Shown here one piece after another: positions 1 through 7,464 of a stretch of 32,000 nucleotides of DNA. Numbering within the stretch: position 1 is the stretch's first letter; the number at the start of each line of letters is the position of its first letter. The notes beneath the pieces were generated by a model. The model was not told the DNA's origin. It was given only the letters and a program-made list of their open reading frames with translations, and did not search any database. Made by a program: the position numbers and the translations under genes. The stretch is from an uncultured Alphaproteobacteria bacterium (GTDB taxonomy: Bacteria; Pseudomonadota; Alphaproteobacteria; Rs-D84; CACZYB01), in NCBI GenBank assembly GCA_934246625.1, contig CAKQHZ010000001.1, positions 540,001 through 572,000 of the forward strand. Direction: 5' to 3'.

Positions 1-16
1 TTGGATTTTTGTTTTT

Positions 17-166
17 ATGAAAAAGTCGGATTATGATTTTGCATCAGCTATATTTATAATTCCATTTATTGCTTTTTTGCGTTGTGTGCAAGTAATTTTA
101 TTTACGATTATTTGTGTATATTGCTATAACTATTTATCAACTAAATTGAAAAAGAAAGAAGGTTAA
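17..166 (+). CDS. possible small hydrophobic membrane peptide (49 aa, below the ORF-track size cutoff)
   Basis: ATG at 17 and TAA at 164-166. Translation is MKKSDYDFASAIFIIPFIAFLRCVQVILFTIICVYCYNYLSTKLKKKEG, with a hydrophobic core of about 30 residues. The stop lies 1 nt before the ATG of the 168..836 ORF. No SD is visible because the window edge is close. Confidence 0.25.
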   Translation: MKKSDYDFASAIFIIPFIAFLRCVQVILFTIICVYCYNYLSTKLKKKEG

Positions 167-167
167 A

Positions 168-836
168 ATGAAAGTATTTGAAAGTTTGATTCCAGAAGCT
201 AAATTTTTTAAAAAAACTATAGATATATATCGTAAATATACAAATAAAATAAATAGAATTAAACGTCGTTTTAAATTATCTTCTGATATTCGTGAAAAAG
301 ATATTTTAAAATTACGAGATTATAATTTTGTGCGTTTTCAATCTATACTTTATCAAATGGATATGTTTAATGTGTTGGAAGAACAAGAAAGAGGCTTGAC
401 TTGCGATTTTATTTCGGAACAACTTGATCCTTATGCTTTGTCAGATGTTTTTTATCAAGAACAAGAATCTCTTGATCTTGTGAATGCTTTGAAACTTAAT
501 CTTAATACAGATATGTTAAGTTCAGGTTTTAGTTTCTTTTTTAATAATATTGTTGTAGATACTGTTGATAGTGGTGTTGATTTGGAGGTCGTTCAAAATT
601 TATTGGAACCATTTGTTAAAAATCAAAATGATATATTACGACTTAAAAAGGCTGCTATGAATGAATATAAACGTCAACTTTATCTATCTGTTGGAAATTA
701 TGATAAGGAACGTTTTGATAATTTAAGATATAATTTAAACGTTTTATTTTCTTCTATGGATTGTTCTTATAGAAATGGAAGAAAAGGTAAAGTAGATAAT
801 CGTTTGTTTAAACCTGAGAATAATAACGAAAGATAA
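168..836 (+). CDS. hypothetical protein (222 aa)
   Basis: Long open frame in stop-rich AT-rich DNA. SD-like AGAAGG (157-162) lies 5 nt upstream of the ATG. No family motif recognised by eye. Confidence 0.6.
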   Translation: MKVFESLIPEAKFFKKTIDIYRKYTNKINRIKRRFKLSSDIREKDILKLRDYNFVRFQSILYQMDMFNVLEEQERGLTCDFISEQLDPYALSDVFYQEQESLDLVNALKLNLNTDMLSSGFSFFFNNIVVDTVDSGVDLEVVQNLLEPFVKNQNDILRLKKAAMNEYKRQLYLSVGNYDKERFDNLRYNLNVLFSSMDCSYRNGRKGKVDNRLFKPENNNER

Positions 837-850
837 AAATAAGAAAAATA

Positions 851-879
851 TTGACTTTTTTAGGAAAGTATTATATATT
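851..879 (+). promoter_or_regulatory. sigma70-type promoter upstream of rplU-rpmA
   Basis: TTGACT (851-856), 17 nt spacer, TATATT (874-879). It lies about 35 nt upstream of the rplU ATG, with SD GAGG at 901-904. Confidence 0.5.
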
Positions 880-913
880 TTGAAAACATTTAAAAGAATC
901 GAGGTAATGAAAA

Positions 914-1207
914 ATGTTTGCAATATTTACAACTGGTGGAAAACAGTATAAAGTTCAAAAAAACGAAGTATTAAAAGTTGAAAAACTTGACGCTGAAAAA
1001 AATGTTGAATTTTCAGATGTACTTATGGTTGATGGTAAAGTTGGTGCTCCTTTCGTTGAAGGTGCAAAGGTAAAAGCTGAAGTTGTTGACCAAATTCGTG
1101 ATGACAAAGTGATTGTTTTCAAAAAGAAAAGAAGACAAAATTACAGAAGAAAACAAGGTCATAGACAATATTTAACTGTTATTAAAATAACTGATATAAT
1201 TGCTTAA
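914..1207 (+). CDS. rplU: 50S ribosomal protein L21
   Basis: N-terminus [14 protein letters not shown] and the basic C-terminal [16 protein letters not shown] are typical of L21. It is adjacent to L27, the conserved gene order. Confidence 0.95.
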   Translation: MFAIFTTGGKQYKVQKNEVLKVEKLDAEKNVEFSDVLMVDGKVGAPFVEGAKVKAEVVDQIRDDKVIVFKKKRRQNYRRKQGHRQYLTVIKITDIIA

Positions 1208-1231
1208 TTATTAAAGAAAAAGAGGTAAAAA

Positions 1232-1489
1232 ATGGCACATAAGAAAGCTGGCGGTAGTTCAAAGAATGGTCGTGATTCTGAAGGTAAAAGACTTGGAATC
1301 AAAAGATTCGGTGGTGAAAAAGTAACTGCTGGAACTATTATTGTAAGACAACGTGGAACAAAATATCACCCAGGAACAAATGTTGGTATGGGAACTGACT
1401 ATACTATTTTTGCAACTGTTGATGGTTCTGTTTCTTTCGTAAAAGGTGATGCAAAAGGAAGAACTTATATTTCTGTGATTCCTGCATAA
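1232..1489 (+). CDS. rpmA: 50S ribosomal protein L27
   Basis: [24 protein letters not shown]...[10 protein letters not shown] is the canonical L27 signature. SD AGAGG lies upstream. Confidence 0.95.
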   Translation: MAHKKAGGSSKNGRDSEGKRLGIKRFGGEKVTAGTIIVRQRGTKYHPGTNVGMGTDYTIFATVDGSVSFVKGDAKGRTYISVIPA

Positions 1490-1512
1490 TTACCGAAAAT
1501 CTTTTAAGAAAA

Positions 1513-1540
1513 TGCCCTCTTTTTAGAGGGTATTTTTTTT
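1513..1540 (+). terminator. rho-independent terminator after rpmA
   Basis: Stem CCCTCT (1515-1520) / AGAGGG (1525-1530) with a TTTT loop, followed by a T8 run (1533-1540). Confidence 0.7.
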
Positions 1541-1541
1541 G

Positions 1542-1570
1542 TTGATAAAAATTCTAAAAAGAGTTAATAT
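1542..1570 (+). promoter_or_regulatory. putative sigma70-type promoter for the 1598..2962 gene
   Basis: TTGATA (1542-1547), 17 nt spacer, TAATAT (1565-1570), 27 nt upstream of the ATG at 1598. Confidence 0.45.
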
Positions 1571-1597
1571 AATTTTATAAAAGAGAGAAAATGGACC

Positions 1598-2962
1598 ATG
1601 ATAAAATTTAGATTTTGTAAATATTTATTTGTATTTTTTGTTTTTTTATCAATAATTTCAGATGTAAATTCTGCACCAAGAAGAAATTCAAAGAGAGCAA
1701 GTGTTGTTGGAAAAAATAATTCAAAAAGAGCTGCAACAACTTCTCGACGAGATAGTCGTAGAAATTCCAAACGTGCTGCTGTAACAGGTCGTGGAAAAGC
1801 CTCTAATTTAAGAGTTTTAAATTCAAATGTTTCAACTAAGACAAATGTAGATACTTCTGCTTCTGTTAAAATATCAGATACGGATGAAAAATATGATAAA
1901 ATTTTAAGTGAAATTAATTTTTTGAAACAAAGTGTTTCTACTTATGAGAGTAAATTTTCTGAATATGATAATAAACTTAAAGAGGCGAATACAAAAATTT
2001 CTATGTTCGAAGAAAAATTAAAAGCAATAGATAATAAAAATCCTATTTCTAATACAGAATCTGCAGAACCTGTGTATACAGGTAAGATTTTTAAAAATAG
2101 CGAAATTACATTAAATGAAGGGCAAGGATACTATTTAGATGATATTATTGATAGTGCAAAATTTGCTAGCTATAAAGCTGTGAAATTTTATTTTTCTAAA
2201 TGTGGTTTTGAAGGATATTTTTCAGTTGTAAAAGATGCTGATATAAGTAAAGATTTTGGTGATTTCCCTATTGGTGGTTTCAATATGGATGAAGTTACTT
2301 ATTCATTTACCGATATATATTTAGATGCAAATACTTCTTATGATTTATCTAATACATTTAAAAATTATAGTTATAATAATGTAGATTATCCAATTATTAT
2401 TACACAAAAGAAGAACAAAAATAAGGGATATTCAGTATATTTTCAATATCGTCCAACATCTGCAAAAAGGTGTGATAATTATAATTTTGTAAAAGCTGTT
2501 GCATTAAATGGTGATGAGGATTTTGTTAAAATTAAAATTCGTGAACGTAATGAAATAACTTCTGATACACATAATAAATTAGTTTGGACAGGAAAAATAT
2601 TTAAAAATCCAGTGCTTCGTTTAAAGGAAGGCGAAACTTATGATTTAAGAAATTTGGCTAACTTTCCAAATGATGATATTGTGGATAAATATGGTAATAA
2701 GTTACGATATTTATATGTTTATGTTTCAGAGTGCGGATTTAATGGCGGATTTGGTAGCGGATTTTATGATTATAGTAATACAACAATTGATAATGTAAAA
2801 AATTATTCTCGTGATTATGCAAAAGAATTAAATTTTAACCAGCCTAGATTTGTTGTAAAGAAAGGTGCTTCGGATATTTGTAAAACGAACTTTATTCATG
2901 TCGCTGGAGCTGCTTCTGGTTTGATGTATCAAGATAGTGTGAAAGTAGAGTTTTATAAGTAA
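1598..2962 (+). CDS. exported hypothetical protein with basic NSKRA repeats, a coiled-coil segment and two copies of an internal domain
   Basis: Signal-peptide-like N-terminus MIKFRFCKYLFVFFVFLSIISDVNSA. NSKRA occurs three times within aa 28-62. A heptad-like segment covers about aa 97-146. The motifs TGKIFKN (aa 161-167 and 331-337), L.EG..Y.L and S.CGF.G.F recur in the same order. Confidence 0.75.
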   Translation: MIKFRFCKYLFVFFVFLSIISDVNSAPRRNSKRASVVGKNNSKRAATTSRRDSRRNSKRAAVTGRGKASNLRVLNSNVSTKTNVDTSASVKISDTDEKYDKILSEINFLKQSVSTYESKFSEYDNKLKEANTKISMFEEKLKAIDNKNPISNTESAEPVYTGKIFKNSEITLNEGQGYYLDDIIDSAKFASYKAVKFYFSKCGFEGYFSVVKDADISKDFGDFPIGGFNMDEVTYSFTDIYLDANTSYDLSNTFKNYSYNNVDYPIIITQKKNKNKGYSVYFQYRPTSAKRCDNYNFVKAVALNGDEDFVKIKIRERNEITSDTHNKLVWTGKIFKNPVLRLKEGETYDLRNLANFPNDDIVDKYGNKLRYLYVYVSECGFNGGFGSGFYDYSNTTIDNVKNYSRDYAKELNFNQPRFVVKKGASDICKTNFIHVAGAASGLMYQDSVKVEFYK

Positions 2963-2964
2963 GA

Positions 2965-3435
2965 TTAAAAATTCATACTATCCAAAACATTTTGTAATAT
3001 ATAGGAAGCGGATACTTTATCCAAGATTTGTTTTCTTTTTTGACGGGAAAGGTCAAATTCGCGGATTAGCATTTTTTCGGAAATAGAAGAGGTTAGACGC
3101 TCATCGGATAAAACTATATCAATATTTGGAAATTGTTTTTCAAGGGCCTCTTTAAATTTATGGACCTTTTGTGCGGTTTCACCTTCTTGTCCATTCATTT
3201 GTAGTGGAAGACCTATGATTATGGCTCCTATATCCATTTCCTTTATAATATCAGCAAATTCGTCGAATAAAATTGTATAGCTTTTGTTTTTTAGCATTTT
3301 ATATGGGCTTGCAATGCTTCGGGATACATCTGAAATGGCGGTTCCTATGTTCACATCGCCGTAATCTATTCCAAGAAATCGTTTTTCAGTTGATGAATAT
3401 TTTTCTTTTAAATTCTTGAAAATGTTTGTAATCAA
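2965..3435 (-). CDS. ruvX: Holliday-junction-resolvase-like / pre-16S rRNA nuclease YqgF (RuvX)
   Basis: FLGIDYGDVNIGTAISD near the N-terminus, IIIGLPLQMNGQEGETAQKV and DERLTS match the YqgF/RuvX RNase H-fold family pattern. Confidence 0.85.
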   Translation of the reverse strand: MITNIFKNLKEKYSSTEKRFLGIDYGDVNIGTAISDVSRSIASPYKMLKNKSYTILFDEFADIIKEMDIGAIIIGLPLQMNGQEGETAQKVHKFKEALEKQFPNIDIVLSDERLTSSISEKMLIREFDLSRQKRKQILDKVSASYILQNVLDSMNF

Positions 3436-3511
3436 TGCTATACTCCTTTTATATTGGTTTTAATATAATCTATAAAAAAAACAATGTAAATATAAATATA
3501 AGGGGGATAAA

Positions 3512-3943
3512 ATGGTAGCTAAAAAAAATATATCTAAAAAAACTACTGTAAAAAGTGTTAAGAAAAATTCTGCTGTGAAGGCTTCTGTTAATGCAAAGTC
3601 AGAAATGAAAAAGGAATGTGATTGCAAATGTTGTGATCATGCTTATGGTTGTAATTGTGCTTTAAGTTGCAGATGTGGTTGTTTTAAACGTGCTTTGATT
3701 TTTGAAGCAATTATTATTCTTGCAACTGTGTTTATTACACTTGCTTTTGTTGGCACAGGTTGTCAAAAACATAAACCAGACTTTTTCTCACCAAAATGTG
3801 AAAAAATGAGAGAAGGTCAACCTTGTCCTTGTGCAAAAAAGTATGATGATAGAAAAGATAACAGAAAAGGTTGGTGGAAAAAGGGACCAAAGGACGAAAA
3901 GAAAGCTAAAGCTCCTGCTCCTGTTCCTGCACCAGAAAAATAG
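3512..3943 (+). CDS. Cys-cluster single-pass membrane protein (143 aa), hypothetical
   Basis: SD AGGGGG lies upstream. Lys-rich N-terminus. Nine Cys fall within aa 36-57 (CDCKCCDHAYGCNCALSCRCGC). A hydrophobic helix covers about aa 61-81. Four more Cys follow, then a Lys/Pro/Ala-rich tail. Confidence 0.65.
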   Translation: MVAKKNISKKTTVKSVKKNSAVKASVNAKSEMKKECDCKCCDHAYGCNCALSCRCGCFKRALIFEAIIILATVFITLAFVGTGCQKHKPDFFSPKCEKMREGQPCPCAKKYDDRKDNRKGWWKKGPKDEKKAKAPAPVPAPEK

Positions 3944-3960
3944 TTAAAGTTTTTGCTTTT

Positions 3961-3992
3961 AAAACCAGTCTGTTTTTAGGACTGGTTTTTTT
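3961..3992 (+). terminator. rho-independent terminator
   Basis: AAAACCAGTC (3961-3970) pairs with GACTGGTTTT (3980-3989), with the T run continuing to 3992. It lies 18 nt after the stop at 3943. Confidence 0.75.
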
Positions 3993-4028
3993 ATGTGCTT
4001 TGATGTATTATGTTTATAGGAGGAAATT

Positions 4029-4397
4029 ATGGAACAAGCAAAGTTTTACAATATTTTGATAAATCCAAATGGTGATATTTGTATTATTTTAAAGCCAGTG
4101 AAACCTTATATTGGAATGATTGATAATCCTGAAATTATTTATGATGGTGGGGATAATGCTTTCCTTTACAGAAATTCAAATAGTATGGTTTTGCTTGATT
4201 ATATTCCAAAGGAGCAACAAAGACTTATCCTTGATAAGGAAAAGATTTTGGTTGTGGAATATGATTTGGAAGGGGATAAGGTTGTAAATGAGTATTTTGC
4301 CTTTGTTATAAAGGTTAAAAAGATGTTGGATTTGGGTTCAAATTTTGTTGATAGGGAAAGTTTGAATGCTGAATTAAAAAATCTTGGTTTGTTATAA
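4029..4397 (+). CDS. hypothetical protein (122 aa)
   Basis: Strong SD AGGAGG lies about 7 nt upstream of the ATG. Open frame in AT-rich DNA. No recognisable motif. Confidence 0.6.
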   Translation: MEQAKFYNILINPNGDICIILKPVKPYIGMIDNPEIIYDGGDNAFLYRNSNSMVLLDYIPKEQQRLILDKEKILVVEYDLEGDKVVNEYFAFVIKVKKMLDLGSNFVDRESLNAELKNLGLL

Positions 4398-4420
4398 TTT
4401 TTTTTGATGTTTTATGTAAT

Positions 4421-4453
4421 AAAAAAACCCTCCTTTCGGAGGGCTTTTATTTT
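4421..4453. terminator. bidirectional rho-independent terminator between convergent 4029..4397 and tuf
   Basis: Stem CCCTCC (4428-4433) / GGAGGG (4438-4443) with a TTTC loop. It is flanked by A7 on the left and a T-rich run on the right, so it reads as a terminator on both strands. Confidence 0.75.
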
Positions 4454-4472
4454 AGCTAAAAATGATAGAAAC

Positions 4473-5648
4473 TTACTCTATAATTTTAGAAACAACACCA
4501 GCACCAACTGTTCTACCACCTTCACGGATAGCAAAACGGAGACCTTCGCTCATAGCAACTGGAGTGATAAGTTCTACTGTCATTTTTACGTTATCGCCAG
4601 GCATTACCATCTTTACATCATCTGGAAGGATAACTGAACCTGTAACGTCTGTTGTTCTGAAATAGAATTGTGGACGATAGTTTGACAAGAATGCAGTGTG
4701 TCTTCCACCTTCTTCTTTAGTCAAAATATAGCATTCACATTCAAATTTCTTGTGTGGTGTAACTGAACCTGGTTTAGCAAGTACTTGTCCACGTTCAACT
4801 TCTTCTTTCTTTGTTCCACGAAGAAGAACACCGATGTTATCACCAGCTTCACCTTCATCAAGAAGTTTTCTGAACATTTCAACACCTGTAACAGTTGTTT
4901 TTTGTGTAGGTTTAATACCAACGATTTCAACATCATCACCAACTTTTACAATACCTGTTTCAACACGACCTGTAACAACAGTTCCACGACCAGAAATTGA
5001 AAATACGTCTTCGATTGGCATCAAGAATGGTTTATCAAGTGGACGAACTGGAGTTGGAATAAATTCGTCAACAGCTTTCATAAGTGCACGGATTGCATCT
5101 TCACCTAATTCTTTGTTTGTGCCTTCAAGAGCGCAAAGTGCAGAACCACGAACGATAGGAGTTGTATCGCCAGGGAAGTTATATTTGTTAAGAAGTTCAC
5201 GAACTTCCATTTCAACAAGTTCTAACATTTCTGGATCATCAACCATATCGCATTTGTTTAAAAATACTACGATAGCAGGAACACCAACTTGTCTTGCAAG
5301 AAGAATGTGTTCACGTGTTTGAGGCATAGGACCATCAGCTGCTGATACAACGAGGATAGCACCGTCCATTTGAGCAGCACCAGTGATCATGTTTTTAACA
5401 TAGTCAGCGTGTCCTGGGCAGTCAACGTGTGCATAGTGTCTTGTATCTGTTTCATATTCAACGTGTGCTGTGTTAATTGTAATACCACGTGCCTTTTCTT
5501 CTGGTGCAGCATCGATTTGATCGTAAGCTTTAAATTCACCAAAGAATTTTGTAATAGCAGCAGTAGTTGTTGTTTTACCATGGTCAACGTGGCCAATTGT
5601 ACCAATGTTAACATGTGGCTTATTTCTTACATATGTTTCTTTTGCCAT
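4473..5648 (-). CDS. tuf: translation elongation factor Tu
   Basis: Full-length 391 aa with [21 protein letters not shown] and SAL motifs. SD AAGGAG lies upstream of the ATG. Confidence 0.98.
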   Translation of the reverse strand: MAKETYVRNKPHVNIGTIGHVDHGKTTTTAAITKFFGEFKAYDQIDAAPEEKARGITINTAHVEYETDTRHYAHVDCPGHADYVKNMITGAAQMDGAILVVSAADGPMPQTREHILLARQVGVPAIVVFLNKCDMVDDPEMLELVEMEVRELLNKYNFPGDTTPIVRGSALCALEGTNKELGEDAIRALMKAVDEFIPTPVRPLDKPFLMPIEDVFSISGRGTVVTGRVETGIVKVGDDVEIVGIKPTQKTTVTGVEMFRKLLDEGEAGDNIGVLLRGTKKEEVERGQVLAKPGSVTPHKKFECECYILTKEEGGRHTAFLSNYRPQFYFRTTDVTGSVILPDDVKMVMPGDNVKMTVELITPVAMSEGLRFAIREGGRTVGAGVVSKIIE

Positions 5649-5735
5649 ATTATTAGCTCCTTTTAGTTTATTTAATAAAAGTTTTTCAAAGGATTATCTA
5701 TCAGGAATCTCCTGATTTAAAATCACATACGCGAT

Positions 5736-5764
5736 ATTTTATAAAAAATCTTTTGAAAATGCAA
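5736..5764 (-). promoter_or_regulatory. putative sigma70-type promoter for tuf
   Basis: On the minus strand: TTGCAT (5764-5759), 17 nt spacer, TAAAAT (5741-5736), about 88 nt upstream of the tuf ATG. Confidence 0.5.
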
Positions 5765-5791
5765 GCTCTTTTTATATTAAATTAGTGATAA

Positions 5792-6565
5792 TTATCTTAT
5801 TTTTTGCATTAGTTGTTTGAAAAGAGTTTGTCTTTTATCTTCTTTGAGTTTTATTTTTTTTAATATTTCAGAATGAGAATTTGTTTTGTTTGTATATGAT
5901 ATTATGTTTTCAAGATTTTCAAGGTTGTATTCAAAGTGAACTCCTGAAATTATGACTTTGCCTTTGCCGTATGTTTTTTGTAGTATAGCAGGGAGCTTTT
6001 TGCCAGATTTTAGTTTATAGTTGGCAATGATTTGGCAATTTTTTTCAATTAAATCAAAAAATGGTCCGCCGTGGTAAAGTGCAGATGAATTTGTCTTAAT
6101 AACAGAATTTATATATTCTATATCTACAATAGTTGTTGCATCGATTGAGTGAGAAAATGGTTGTATGTCAAGTTCCTTATATAATGTACCTTTTGCACAA
6201 GAATTTATTAGGTCGAGTTTGTATTGGGCATTTATTTTTGAATTTGGAATGTCGTTTTCGAATTCGACTTTGTTGCAAGCATAGTATGCTCCTCCACATA
6301 TACCAAAATATATTCCGCCATTTTTTATATAATTTTGGATATTTTTGTTGCCTTTGATACCTATTTTTTCAAAGTATTTATTGGCAATGCCTCCTGGAAT
6401 AAAAAGTGCCAAAATATCATTAGTTAATTTTGTATTGTTGACTATTTCAGTTGAAGAAATTGTGTCTATTTCAATATTGTTTTTGAAATATGTTTCAAGA
6501 GCAGTTTTCAAAGGGTGGATATTAAATACACCAACATCGTTATAAATAAGTATTTTATTTTTCAT
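5792..6565 (-). CDS. stand-alone BPL_N-like / class I glutamine-amidotransferase-like domain protein
   Basis: The pattern ILIYNDVGV...ALFIPGG...NYIKNGGIYFGICGGAYYACNKVEFE resembles the N-terminal domain of eukaryote-type biotin-protein ligases (BPL_N) as I recall it. No ligase catalytic domain is attached. Confidence 0.55.
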   Translation of the reverse strand: MKNKILIYNDVGVFNIHPLKTALETYFKNNIEIDTISSTEIVNNTKLTNDILALFIPGGIANKYFEKIGIKGNKNIQNYIKNGGIYFGICGGAYYACNKVEFENDIPNSKINAQYKLDLINSCAKGTLYKELDIQPFSHSIDATTIVDIEYINSVIKTNSSALYHGGPFFDLIEKNCQIIANYKLKSGKKLPAILQKTYGKGKVIISGVHFEYNLENLENIISYTNKTNSHSEILKKIKLKEDKRQTLFKQLMQKIR

Positions 6566-6613
6566 AATAACATATTTTTAATATTAAAATAACTTGATTT
6601 CAATGAATATTTT

Positions 6614-6775
6614 TTATATTGCTAGAATAATAAAGAGAGAGGGTATGTATTTTAAAATAGCACCTATAAAATTATCCTGATAAAAAGTAATATTAAATTT
6701 ATTATCTATATAATACAATTTGTGTGTATATTCTCTAATTTTATCTACAGATTGTGATGTAGTATTTTCTACCAT
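6614..6775 (-). CDS. possible 53-aa ORF translationally coupled to the DUF45-like gene (below ORF-track cutoff)
   Basis: The ATG (6775-6773, minus) overlaps the upstream TAA by 1 nt (TAATG), the same junction used between hsdR and the DUF45-like gene. Translation is MVENTTSQSVDKIREYTHKLYYIDNKFNITFYQDNFIGAILKYIPSLFIILAI. The SD (GGGA) is weak. Confidence 0.3.
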   Translation of the reverse strand: MVENTTSQSVDKIREYTHKLYYIDNKFNITFYQDNFIGAILKYIPSLFIILAI

Positions 6776-7464
6776 TAATATTTTCCCAATAATTTATTTT
6801 CTAATTTTAGTTCAATATCTTGCCAATTAGGGATTTTAGATGATAATAATTTATAAAATTCTGTTGAATGAGTTTCATAATAATAATGGCAAAGTTCATG
6901 TGTAATAATATAATCAATTGCCTTTTTAGAGGCTTGTATTAAAGCTGGATTTAATATTATTTCATGTTTTTTTAAATAGCTTCCCCATCTTTTGTTTAAT
7001 TTTCTAACTTTTAATGTAGGTATAGGAAAATCAAATGTTTTCATTATTTCCTTTAATCTATTATTAAAGATTGTTATGGATTTTTTTAATAACCATTTAT
7101 TGAAAATGTGATTGATTTCATTTATTTTTTGAGGATGAGAAGAATAAAAAATAATTTTATTTCTTTCAACTTTTACTAAATTATTTAAACATGATTTTTG
7201 AATTATAAATTGATATTGTCTTCCAAGATACAAAATACTACTTCCAGATACAATATTTTTTTGTTTTACAGGATTAAACTTTGAAAAATATTCAATTTTA
7301 TCATTTATCCATTGTTTTTTCCTTTTAACAAAATCTTGAATTTTATCTTCGGTTGCATCTATTGGTGTTTTAATAACAACAGAACCATCAGGAAAAACTG
7401 TTGCAGAAATAGTTTTTCTCTGTTCTTTAATAATCTCTTTAATTCTTATATCAGATATAACCAT
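6775..7464 (-). CDS. DUF45 / YgjP-like (M48-type) zinc metallopeptidase
   Basis: HELCH (HExxH) is followed by a downstream His (ETHSTEFYKLL) near the C-terminus, and the size of about 230 aa fits the DUF45 (COG1451) layout. The start codon overlaps the hsdR stop (TAATG). Confidence 0.75.
   Translation of the reverse strand: MVISDIRIKEIIKEQRKTISATVFPDGSVVIKTPIDATEDKIQDFVKRKKQWINDKIEYFSKFNPVKQKNIVSGSSILYLGRQYQFIIQKSCLNNLVKVERNKIIFYSSHPQKINEINHIFNKWLLKKSITIFNNRLKEIMKTFDFPIPTLKVRKLNKRWGSYLKKHEIILNPALIQASKKAIDYIITHELCHYYYETHSTEFYKLLSSKIPNWQDIELKLENKLLGKY

Noticed and set aside
1564-1770. A 68-aa minus-strand ORF.
   Set aside because: It overlaps the promoter and the signal-peptide/basic-repeat region of the much better supported 1598..2962 gene. 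It is an antisense artefact.
4404-5666. Multiple ORF-track frames inside or opposite tuf (for example 4750..5322 at 190 aa, 5370..5666 at 98 aa, plus 4404..4637, 4462..4665, 4721..4942, 4785..5000 and 5387..5614).
   Set aside because: They all overlap the unambiguous full-length EF-Tu frame. Their translations are low-complexity (Ser/Thr/Pro- or Cys/Phe-rich) with no SD, so they are shadow ORFs of a highly expressed, codon-biased gene.
6573-6586. ATATTTTTAATATT at the left edge of the R-M block, against ATATTTTAATATT at 16003..16015 on the right edge, as possible island direct repeats.
   Set aside because: This is a pure A/T low-complexity 13-14-mer in a roughly 70% A+T genome, so it is expected by chance and is not evidence of an att site.
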